Of a stretch of DNA of 64,000 nt, positions 56,701 through 64,000 are shown in pieces. The notes below the pieces were generated by a model. The model had not been told where the DNA came from. It worked only from the letters and a program-made list of their open reading frames with translations, and did no database searches. Numbering within the stretch: the first letter of the stretch is position 1; the number at the start of each line of letters is the position of its first letter. A program made the position numbers and the translations under genes. Origin of the DNA: a virus; the IMG/VR virus record IMGVR_UViG_3300036766_000317, positions 27,825 through 91,824 of that record, one strand, 5' to 3'.

Positions 56701-59060
56701 ATTAAAGACAATACACCTGAAAAACCATCAATGAGTAATTTAAATACCCCCGTTATTTTTGCATCGGAAAGAACAGTAAACATATTATTGAATCTGTTCA
56801 ATAGGATATGCAAAGATACTTCCATTCCTTCTGCTTGTTTCTCAGCCATAGCTGCGGCTGATCCGTATTGCATTGTAGCTTCAGCCATAGCCTTTAAGTT
56901 TTTAGGCATTGAAGAAAGAACAAGTGCGGCATTCCCTGCTCTTACGCTAAAATAATGTACGGCATTTGCCAGATTTTCATGTATCACTTTTCCTAAGTTT
57001 TCTGACACTTTGACCAAACCAAGCTCTTTTACATTAAGATCAGCTATAGTCATTCCATGCAATTTCAAAGCCTCTCTAAGATTCCTATTAGGAGCTTCAA
57101 GATTGATGAACACTTGGCGGAGGCTGGTGCCTATTGTGGACATTCGCATACCAGCATTTGATAAAAGCATCAATGCTGCCAAAGTCTCTGACAATTCAAC
57201 ACCAGCTGCCTTAGCCGTAGGACCAATATAATTAAAAACAGTCCTCATGCCTTCAAGATTCGTTTTGGATTTATTAGCAGCCATAGCTAACATATCCATA
57301 ATAGAAGATGCCTCTTGAGCATCCTTATCAAAAGCTCGGATTACTGTAGTCAACAAGTCCGCAGCCGTATTTAGTGGTTCTAGTGTTCCTTGGGCGCCTT
57401 TAGCTGCGGCACTTAAAACAACTAAAGCCTCCCCAGCAGAAAATCCTGCCTGAGCAATAAAAATTGCTCCTTTTCCTATTTCAGCCAAAGAATACTTTGT
57501 GTTGTTGGAAACTTTAAGCATCTCGTCCCCAAGTACAGATATTTCTGCATCTGTGCCTTGAGAGATTGCTTGTAAACTTTTCAAAGATTGATTGAATCCT
57601 ATTATGGTTCCGATAGCTCCAGTAATGACTTCTGTAAGACCACCAATAATAAGAGCAGCAGGTATCCAGGCAGCAAGACTGCCGACAGCTTGCCCAAGTC
57701 TGGAAAAGTAATCAGTAGCAGCACGCGCGGCAGCCCCTCCTCCTACTAATTTACCAGATAAGTTTGCCCAAAAACCTGTTACACTGGTGGCAGTGGTCCC
57801 CAATTTCTGTAGTTCTACTCCATGGGCTTTTACTAGTCGGGTTCCTTCTGTATGAGAAATATTGCCTTTATTTACCTTATCCGATAGATCAGCAATAAAA
57901 GCGGATGTCCTGGGAGTTTGAACACCTAAATCAGCAACCGCTTTATTAAAAGTAGCTGTTTCTTTCTGAGCGGTGACAAAAGAGCCGTTTAGTCGTTTTA
58001 CATTATTTTCAACCTCGACCATTTTGTTCTTAGATCCGTCCAAAGAGCCGACCAATCTATCATATTCCGTCCTATATTTACCTGTAGAACTAGCAAGTCC
58101 GTCGGGTCCTCCATAGACGGAGTTTAATTTGACTTGCTGTTCCGTAAGAGCAGTATTGATTTTAACAGCTTCCGTATGCTTGGCATTAAAAGCGTTAAGT
58201 TCCCCTGTTATCGATTTGACAGTGGTTCCGTAGGCACCTAAACGAGCAGCAGCATCCGTATATTTCATAGCCGCCTCACCGTGAGTAGCGGTGAGACTGG
58301 TTATAGTTTTTTGTAAATCAACAAACTTGCTTCTGCCATCGAGGACAACACCCCCCGTTTTGTACATCTCCCCAGCTAAAGTAGCCTGAGCAAATTTCAA
58401 ACGGTCTACTCCCTCTACCACATTCTTCATATCTGCTGGAAGAGCACCAGCCCCCAATTCTGCCCGAACCTTCTTTGTGCCATCTGCTACTGTAGACAAA
58501 TACTTTTCATTGGTCATCAATGCCGAAGATAACGTTTTAAATGCTATTTCAGAACTACCAACCTCTTTGGCAGCTCCAACTAATCCTTTCTGATAAGCAG
58601 AAGATTCATCACCAGCACTTTTTAACTTCTTAACAAGACTGCCAAGAACTGAATCTGAAGCTAAGTTCTTGACACTATTCATCATATTCATCTGTTCAAA
58701 ATTAAGACCTTTGAAATCTGTAGCAGCTTTACTAGCAGCTCCTCCTGCCCCAGATACAGATCCTTTTGCTTTATCTAATTTTGCACCTAAATCAGCAGCA
58801 GCTATAGCTGCTTTTTCCGTAGCAACTTTGGCATCCTTAGTGGTTGTTGCTAATTTAGAAATGGCTTTCTCGGCGTCTACATTAGCGGAAGTTAATTCTT
58901 TGGCGGCATCCTTACCAGTTTTACCCATATTATCCAGGTCGGTCTTCATCTTCTCTAGCTCAGTACGGATTGTTTCCAATTGTTTAGCAAAATCCGTAAT
59001 GATAGCTACAAAAGTTACACCTAACCCTAGATTTTTGGTGTCCCCTGTTTCGTCAGCCAT
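53781..59060 (-). CDS. tape measure protein (TP901-type core)
   Basis: 1759 aa helical; AQAGFS, AANKSKT, GTSLRQ; C-terminal FHTG..PAILQRGEVV. Confidence 0.93.
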   Translation of the reverse strand: MADETGDTKNLGLGVTFVAIITDFAKQLETIRTELEKMKTDLDNMGKTGKDAAKELTSANVDAEKAISKLATTTKDAKVATEKAAIAAADLGAKLDKAKGSVSGAGGAASKAATDFKGLNFEQMNMMNSVKNLASDSVLGSLVKKLKSAGDESSAYQKGLVGAAKEVGSSEIAFKTLSSALMTNEKYLSTVADGTKKVRAELGAGALPADMKNVVEGVDRLKFAQATLAGEMYKTGGVVLDGRSKFVDLQKTITSLTATHGEAAMKYTDAAARLGAYGTTVKSITGELNAFNAKHTEAVKINTALTEQQVKLNSVYGGPDGLASSTGKYRTEYDRLVGSLDGSKNKMVEVENNVKRLNGSFVTAQKETATFNKAVADLGVQTPRTSAFIADLSDKVNKGNISHTEGTRLVKAHGVELQKLGTTATSVTGFWANLSGKLVGGGAAARAATDYFSRLGQAVGSLAAWIPAALIIGGLTEVITGAIGTIIGFNQSLKSLQAISQGTDAEISVLGDEMLKVSNNTKYSLAEIGKGAIFIAQAGFSAGEALVVLSAAAKGAQGTLEPLNTAADLLTTVIRAFDKDAQEASSIMDMLAMAANKSKTNLEGMRTVFNYIGPTAKAAGVELSETLAALMLLSNAGMRMSTIGTSLRQVFINLEAPNRNLREALKLHGMTIADLNVKELGLVKVSENLGKVIHENLANAVHYFSVRAGNAALVLSSMPKNLKAMAEATMQYGSAAAMAEKQAEGMEVSLHILLNRFNNMFTVLSDAKITGVFKLLIDGFSGVLSLIGQFAKSSFGGLLGNFALLTTATWLFVTGINALSVAIVGMGIKSVFAAGVLKVLRASVMGFLTTIGPIGWVAIALGVLGTVLVTTANSQKEATEQAEKDSIVYEQQGASIDAYIKKLEELKKKKKEEKDISIEYVSVMEAMGKAFPELIPDLIGANNDLEKQIELLKKVSIERKQLAETKAVEAFEGIRTELTETQAKLDALMRAKEADLKMWQRWASGVVNVFVWVRGNLDTLFGNNDAVNVTAGSFVQLNAALATTKELSNINIGKAISTLSKEQLDKLNRAAVDLLKMNEVLRETKILSLSSGQQKTVRAYLEYLQKIKELKVGDTKDDTNDELASQKQIDAKLLQNRIELEKAINNAKLSELQNSFQIGLIGEQNYYAQRDGLIRKSYKIEEDLINANFALEDAKKAKAIEVLREKSSGGKSNEAVNKAETNRELARLEKIGKLEVLRIKEKEGLDDEATKKMLANLQTIQKQMEYFFTLQRGLQKQVFDEDISQIDERIAKNNFYYGQNQKGFAEFITSKNTLDKDNYDREVKQIVDATALRVDSLRNQMALKGISEEKEIELGRQLNDALVKQEGDLAASKRTLKKSNLDTDFLVLDMALKRGLQRIENDYSAQEILRKANADKESFHLSTLASLNDWMYSQKLTETKDYFALQEMYTENSLELTKKHLQEEYDDFVAKTEKKKAEAVGDTEVMIALDESLFQARLKLNADLNKADQDHLTNVIANRQKEYESWEYLYSTKGVVGVVKRALSETEYALNEYGRRTKELIDSITQGMSDSFKTYFVDVMKGDLKNASDYFNAFIDIIRNSIAKFLADQMTQSFIKLIQAGINAYFPSINTPTTTTSLYAPGPGEIPVTTMHTGGIVGKDGTNTTMPSWLLSMAPRFHTGLKADEFPAILQRGEVVMKKGDKPGMQGPSTIEVRVINESGTPVKTRESKVSFDAQKTIVTLWLDALNRNAYGLRSAIGG

Positions 59061-59445
59061 TTTTCTTTGCTCCTGACCACGCAAAAAACTTTTTCTTCAT
59101 CTTTTCTGAAAGAACCTTTTTCTCCTCCTCATTCATTTTCGCATATTCAGCAGGTTCGCCAAACAGCAGATTGTTCTTTCTGTCCACAACTTCAAATTCT
59201 TTATCCTCCAAATCTTTTGGATCAGCTCCATGTAGGACGGCAGAAAACTTCATATCGCGGATCTTCCGATCCACAGCGTGTTCGTACAAGATCAACATTT
59301 GTGAAAGAGCTACTCCGCCCCTTCTGTAGCTTTTTCTGTAGATATCTTCAAGTCTGTATTGGGGATAACACTGGAGGAACTCTGTAACAACCCCTTCGAA
59401 CCGAACACGCTCTTGCCCCTCTCGAAGAGGTTCTTCCCTTTTTTT
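59053..59445 (-). CDS. tail assembly chaperone T segment, reached by -1 frameshift
   Basis: -1 frame open from the A7 run into MLILYEH ORF. Confidence 0.75.
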   Translation of the reverse strand, partial: KKREEPLREGQERVRFEGVVTEFLQCYPQYRLEDIYRKSYRRGGVALSQMLILYEHAVDRKIRDMKFSAVLHGADPKDLEDKEFEVVDRKNNLLFGEPAEYAKMNEEEKKVLSEKMKKKFFAWSGAKKNG

Positions 59446-59795
59446 AATGCTGGCTCATAATCCACATCCCATACAGACTCTACAACATCAACTAATTGGG
59501 AATTGGTCATTGTATTAATGACTTCAGCAGCTTCTTCCTCTGTGATATCAGATATCAGAGTAAGAACTTTTCCCAAATTGGTTTCTAAAGCGGTCATTAC
59601 CGCCGACATGAATATGAAATCACTCAGATTTCCTTCTTTAGCTCCGACTACAAGCTGCTGAACAACCTGCGTGATTATATCCGTAACTTTGAATTGATCC
59701 CCAATTGATAGAGGATAAAGAGTGAGATCCTTCAGTTCTTTTTTCCCGTAAGTGATCGTTCTTATATCGGGATTGAGGCGTTTCTCGTCATTCAT
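59310..59795 (-). CDS. tail assembly chaperone G
   Basis: Between tube and TMP; slippery A AAA AAA at 59439-59445. Confidence 0.8.
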   Translation of the reverse strand: MNDEKRLNPDIRTITYGKKELKDLTLYPLSIGDQFKVTDIITQVVQQLVVGAKEGNLSDFIFMSAVMTALETNLGKVLTLISDITEEEAAEVINTMTNSQLVDVVESVWDVDYEPALKKGKNLFERGKSVFGSKGLLQSSSSVIPNTDLKISTEKATEGAE

Positions 59796-59867
59796 AATTT
59801 ATCTCCTTTAAGAGATTCCTCCTCCCGACTTTTCTCTGCCGGGAGGAGGTTGAATTTCATTAAAAAA

Positions 59868-60470
59868 TTAAACCATGTCTCCTCCAGTCAAAAAGACAAT
59901 GGTTCCTAAGGGCATAGCATCCCATACAGCATTACCTCCAGACGTAAGCCCCGAATCGGCCCGCTTTGCTTCAAACGTGATAGGCACGACAGCCGCATCT
60001 TCTGCCTTTAGATCAATCTCCATCGAGCTTACGACATTGGCTCTTGGAAAGATGATGACCATCTGGCTGAGACCATCCGGGAATGTGTAGATGGCTTCCA
60101 TACGAATGAACTCAGGAGCAACCAGACCGCCTAAAGCAATGTTTGTGTCCGAATACTCATCGGACGGATCAATACCACGGGCAAGCTGTAAATTGGCCAT
60201 TGAGATTTCTTTGAACCCGCATTCAAGCATACAAGCCTCTCTGATAGGTAGTGAGAGGTCTTCAAGAAGCGGGAATCCAGATTCCAATTTCCAAAAGTCA
60301 GTCTTACCTGTGAACTTCGTATTTGCCAGGGCTCCGATAGAGTTCGCTACCAACAATACTGCCTCCGTCTCTGCAATATTGCTGGCCGACACTCCTACTC
60401 GGATCTGGGCCAGCCCAAGAGCCACTGCTTGGGGGTTTTTGGTCAACGGTCCCGACCTCGTGAGAGACAT
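59868..60470 (-). CDS. major tail tube protein
   Basis: 200 aa beta-rich; IFPRA..PITFEA; synteny. Confidence 0.75.
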   Translation of the reverse strand: MSLTRSGPLTKNPQAVALGLAQIRVGVSASNIAETEAVLLVANSIGALANTKFTGKTDFWKLESGFPLLEDLSLPIREACMLECGFKEISMANLQLARGIDPSDEYSDTNIALGGLVAPEFIRMEAIYTFPDGLSQMVIIFPRANVVSSMEIDLKAEDAAVVPITFEAKRADSGLTSGGNAVWDAMPLGTIVFLTGGDMV

Positions 60471-60471
60471 T

Positions 60472-60780
60472 TTATACCTCCTTAGATTCTATTTGTTGTT
60501 TCGTTTCCTTTTTACCTGCACAGTTGGCTGATTCGGAAACATCTTCCGATTGAAATGCTAATGGTAAATAAGTTAGTATGTTCCAATACCCACACGTCCT
60601 TCGTAAACATTTTATCTTCACATTCCCTTGAATGAACATTTCAACGGGAATGAAATCAGATCCATCCTTACTTGGTTTGCCAAATAGAAAATGGAAAAGA
60701 CCATTCTTTTTCCTCTCGATGAGCCGCTTACCACATTTTGAACATGCAATAAAGTTTGGCTTTAAATCTTGGCTGCTCAC
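60472..60780 (-). CDS. Com-like zinc-finger protein
   Basis: CSKCGKRL...IKCLRRTCGYWN. Confidence 0.55.
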   Translation of the reverse strand: MSSQDLKPNFIACSKCGKRLIERKKNGLFHFLFGKPSKDGSDFIPVEMFIQGNVKIKCLRRTCGYWNILTYLPLAFQSEDVSESANCAGKKETKQQIESKEV

Positions 60781-61394
60781 CTAGTCCATCCTTTTTCTTC
60801 TAAAAAGGAATCTCTAATTCTAACAGCTTCCTTCACATCAGGAGTAAATCCCAAATAATAACGTTTCTTTTCACGTATAACACTAATAATGTACCCACCA
60901 CAATTCTTCTGCCAATAAATATTACGATACTCTGCTGGATTCTTCTTTCGTTTCTGCATCCATATATTATAGGAATGAGAAACCACTTCTAAATTATCTT
61001 TTCGATTATTAAGAATATTCCCATCTTTATGATGTGGAACAATAGCATAGCAGGCCCCGATGCCTAAAATGAAATTTGACAAATGACCAACAACCATACT
61101 CTTAACATATCCGTTAGATCCTCCTATTCCCCATTTGTAATATTTACATCTCAACCAATCCTCAGAATCAATGACTGTTTCTGCTACTTTTTCTGATTGC
61201 TTATTGTAAAGAAAAATCCTACAATCATCCCCTTCAAATATAACTTCATTAGGATCCGTCTGTAATCTCTCATGCACAATACAACCATGCTTCAATATTT
61301 GGGAATAATGAGTTCCACAATACCCTTTTCCTCTGACATTCCTTGAACAATTATCTACATGACATTTCAACATGTTCAGATTTTTGCTCCCCAA
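60777..61394 (-). CDS. HNH endonuclease (AP2-like C-terminus)
   Basis: HHKDGNILNNRKDNLE; YYLGF..EAVRIRD. Confidence 0.88.
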   Translation of the reverse strand: MGSKNLNMLKCHVDNCSRNVRGKGYCGTHYSQILKHGCIVHERLQTDPNEVIFEGDDCRIFLYNKQSEKVAETVIDSEDWLRCKYYKWGIGGSNGYVKSMVVGHLSNFILGIGACYAIVPHHKDGNILNNRKDNLEVVSHSYNIWMQKRKKNPAEYRNIYWQKNCGGYIISVIREKKRYYLGFTPDVKEAVRIRDSFLEEKGWTR

Positions 61395-61846
61395 CGTAAT
61401 CGAACAGATAAAATCCGTAATTTCGTCTCGTCTTCTGTTATGTCAACATTTGGAGAATCCCATATATCCTGAACAACCATATTCGTTATCAATTCCCAAG
61501 GAGTCTGAGTAACATCATACAAAGGAATTCTCCGCATCCCATCAGACACATCTGGATCAAGAAGCAGAGCCATCATTGTATCGGTCATCTCTGCTAACTT
61601 AACTCCCTCCATATCCTGTCTTGACAAACAGTAAATATCAAACATATACTCGGCTAAGGCTTCTCTTCCAAAAGTGCCGAAATCCACATTGTACCACTGT
61701 TTAATAACATCAGGGCCCTGAGATCGAATATCGGGACTGGCGAGCGATGTATCGAAGGTTACCGCGGCTGCGAAGACATCTACAAAGTATTTCTTCAAAG
61801 AGCTTTTAACATTTGTTTCCATCGATAACGGATTCATTACTTCCAC
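61376..61846 (-). CDS. putative tail terminator
   Basis: Size and synteny. Confidence 0.5.
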   Translation of the reverse strand: MEVMNPLSMETNVKSSLKKYFVDVFAAAVTFDTSLASPDIRSQGPDVIKQWYNVDFGTFGREALAEYMFDIYCLSRQDMEGVKLAEMTDTMMALLLDPDVSDGMRRIPLYDVTQTPWELITNMVVQDIWDSPNVDITEDETKLRILSVRLRWGAKI

Positions 61847-62016
61847 TCCGCTAATATTGTCATTCTAGCTTTTGCTATTTTGTCTATAAACTTTTTTTGG
61901 AAATCAATCAAGGATAATCCAAACAAAGGTCTTTTAGGTATCTTCTTCGGAGCATATCCTCTTTCGACAGCCCACCCGTATATTTTAGGATCCTTTTGTA
62001 TTGGTACTTTTCTCAT
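61837..62016 (-). CDS. C-terminal fragment of HK97 gp10-like tail completion protein
   Basis: YGWAVERG..KIPKRPLF motif. Confidence 0.55.
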   Translation of the reverse strand: MRKVPIQKDPKIYGWAVERGYAPKKIPKRPLFGLSLIDFQKKFIDKIAKARMTILAEWK

Positions 62017-62579
62017 CAATCATGACTCGTATCTGAGATAATTTTCTTATGCTTTATCTCTTGACCAAAAGTTATTGCCCGACCAACGGGACCTTGCTTC
62101 TGAGGCACATACCCTACTGGATTAACATGGATAACCGGTCCATGCGTTCGGGAAGCTCTGTCCTTTTCAGCCCAAGTAGTTGTCGTAGGTTTTACCGTCT
62201 TTCCTCCAGGTTTCTTTATTATTGTTCTTTTAACTGCTGGAGCAGAAACAGAAGAACCTCCTGCATAATCTCCAAAGCCAACAAACCATTTACTAAAATC
62301 AGCCGTACTGGATAATTTATTCGGTTTAATTGCTTTAAAAGCTGTTTCCAACCATATCCAAAAATCCTCTTCATGAGGTTGTCCTTTTTTCCAATCTTTA
62401 TGAGGAGTACCAAAGTTCTTAAACTTCTGAGTATCTATATTCTGTTTAAGAGCATCGGAGAACTCCCTGGCACTCTCTTCTGTGATAGAATCTTTAAGAT
62501 TGAGGACTACCCGCTCAATACCATTTATAGCATTGATAACTCGATCAAAATCAGATTGATTGACCTTAACTTCAATCAT
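62016..62579 (-). CDS. N-terminal part of tail completion / neck protein
   Basis: MIEVKVN..; synteny; stop overlaps next ATG. Confidence 0.55.
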   Translation of the reverse strand: MIEVKVNQSDFDRVINAINGIERVVLNLKDSITEESAREFSDALKQNIDTQKFKNFGTPHKDWKKGQPHEEDFWIWLETAFKAIKPNKLSSTADFSKWFVGFGDYAGGSSVSAPAVKRTIIKKPGGKTVKPTTTTWAEKDRASRTHGPVIHVNPVGYVPQKQGPVGRAITFGQEIKHKKIISDTSHD

Positions 62580-63247
62580 TAATACTCTTCCTCGTAATCC
62601 TCCTCTATAGGAACAGAAACAAAAGGTCTAGTATCTTCTACCAATAAAGCCACACATACTCCGGGATAATTATACTCTTGAACTGATTCCACTTTGTAGT
62701 ATTCAATATCCGTCAGATATACTCTATCCAACGGTTTTATTCCATAAAACTTAGGCAGATATAAATCTATCCGCCAAACAGCCTCCTGTCCTACTGAAGG
62801 AGTATGTTGATCAATCTCTGAACCAAATAATCTGTCGGACAACAAACCGTATATCGGGGATTCTGCCACAACAGACCAGGAGGCGGTCATATTATAACCG
62901 ACTCTTACTTCAACCGGTCGGAGAATACACGTGGTAGCAACAAGATTGCAAGAATAAAGAACAGTATTCCACTCAACTATGGAATCCTCAAACATCTCTG
63001 GGGTTTTATTCATCACCAGATAATACTTGCCCGTACTGACAATAAATATGATATCGTCCGTAGTTATTAAAGTATCATGAGGAAGAGTTCCATCAAGATG
63101 GTGCTCACGGATAAAAGGTTTTGTTGCTTGGGAGTTTAAATCGTAAAGAATACGTTCGGTGGTTACTATAGGTATCCGATTGACAATATGGGTAATTGCC
63201 CCAAGTTCATCGTAAACTTCTCGGATATCGGCCCCTAGCCCAGACAT
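62579..63247 (-). CDS. putative head closure protein
   Basis: IKPLDRV..YYKVESV; synteny. Confidence 0.5.
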   Translation of the reverse strand: MSGLGADIREVYDELGAITHIVNRIPIVTTERILYDLNSQATKPFIREHHLDGTLPHDTLITTDDIIFIVSTGKYYLVMNKTPEMFEDSIVEWNTVLYSCNLVATTCILRPVEVRVGYNMTASWSVVAESPIYGLLSDRLFGSEIDQHTPSVGQEAVWRIDLYLPKFYGIKPLDRVYLTDIEYYKVESVQEYNYPGVCVALLVEDTRPFVSVPIEEDYEEEY

Positions 63248-63717
63248 TAGGCATTCTCCAACGGAGCAAAATTAACCAATTTGTCCCAATCATAAGTCAG
63301 ATCCGTTCCATCTGTGTCATAAGCAAATCCCGCATCGATCTTTGTGCCAAACATTTTGTAAGAAGCCAATCCTGTAAATGTCGCTATATCAGAAGCCATA
63401 GCTGCCTCAAATTCTGCATCCATAGTTTCGATTATTTTTTGGTAATGCTCAAATTTCTGCTGTAGATTGATCAACTTATATTTGAAAGATTTGGTAGAAG
63501 CAATACGGAGAATATTTAAAGCATGTCTTGTAGCTCTTTGAAGAACCCAAAAACCTTTGGTTGGGGTGGATATCGGGAAACTCCACCCCAACTCATTGAT
63601 TGTCTGATCACAGACCAACTCATAACCATCTTCAGTAATGAGAGTAGCCAAGGACGATAACTGAATTTTCAGAAGATCCGTCAAATCATCCGCTGTATCT
63701 ATCGGCACCATGACCAC
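63247..63717 (-). CDS. putative head-tail adaptor
   Basis: Size and synteny. Confidence 0.5.
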   Translation of the reverse strand: MVMVPIDTADDLTDLLKIQLSSLATLITEDGYELVCDQTINELGWSFPISTPTKGFWVLQRATRHALNILRIASTKSFKYKLINLQQKFEHYQKIIETMDAEFEAAMASDIATFTGLASYKMFGTKIDAGFAYDTDGTDLTYDWDKLVNFAPLENA

Positions 63718-63727
63718 TCACCTCGAT

Positions 63728-63823
63728 TTACTTCTTTTTCTTCGGAGGGAAAACCCCTTTCTTTTTAGGGGGAACTACAGCTCCCTTCTTCTTGGGAGGA
63801 AACACAGGTTTCTTGGTTGGCAT
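63728..63823 (-). CDS. 31-aa Pro/Lys repeat peptide
   Basis: MPTKKPVFPPKKKGAVVPPKKKGVFPPKKKK; SD AAGGA. Confidence 0.65.
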   Translation of the reverse strand: MPTKKPVFPPKKKGAVVPPKKKGVFPPKKKK

Positions 63824-63824
63824 A

Positions 63825-64000
63825 TCATTTTCCTTTCTTTCCAATTATTTTTGGGATCTTCCCTTCTGTCTTCTTCTCCAACAATGGTTTATTTGCAGCA
63901 GGGACCACAACTGTTTCTTTCCCCTTCTTTACTTTGGGAAGAAGTGTCAGAGGAAGTTCTTTCTCTGGAACAACGGGTTTGGGACTGCCCGGAATCACAC
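63825..64000 (-). CDS. 3' end of Lys/Pro-rich protein (truncated by window)
   Basis: Open frame ...KPLLEKKTEGKIPKIIGKKGK*. Confidence 0.55.
   Translation of the reverse strand, partial: VIPGSPKPVVPEKELPLTLLPKVKKGKETVVVPAANKPLLEKKTEGKIPKIIGKKGK

Noticed and set aside
37087-62579. Stop-codon reassignment explaining split genes
   Set aside because: TAA, TAG and TGA all terminate clear genes, long genes are intact in code 11, and fragments are separated by other genes or are in different frames
134-63465. Numerous opposite-strand or alternate-frame ORFs in the track (e.g. 5354-6022, 55702-56367, most of 40244-40609)
   Set aside because: They overlap well-supported genes, lack SDs and motifs, and break the strand organisation (+ to 43162, - beyond)

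Overview
The window is a 64 kb segment of a large, apparently lytic, long-tailed (siphovirus-like) dsDNA phage; no integrase or host genes are visible. (1) 1-10250 (+): early/accessory region of about 30 small hypothetical genes with near-identical strong Shine-Dalgarno leaders. Its intergenic spacers hold two interleaved families of structured RNA repeats: seven circularly permuted twister self-cleaving ribozymes, and seven copies of an unrecognised two-hairpin motif in the same intergenic slot. Together they look like an RNA-based system for cutting the early polycistronic transcript into short messages, and this is the main finding. (2) 10260-43162 (+): replication, recombination and DNA modification. 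It encodes an SF2 helicase, primase, lambda-O-like initiator with internal iteron-like repeats, DnaB-like helicase, and a 7-deazaguanine DNA modification cluster (queD, queE, folE, queC, dpdA-like TGT) with extra radical SAM, HAD and FkbM enzymes. It also has a beta-clamp, UDG-PolA fusion polymerase, clamp loader, SSB, RecA, flap nuclease, resolvase, split SbcC with SbcD, HNH endonucleases and several structured RNAs. (3) 43169-64000 (-): lysis, tail (lambda M/L/K/I-J type, tape measure, frameshifted chaperone, tube) and neck genes. All assignments come from manual motif and base-pair inspection; no database searches were run.
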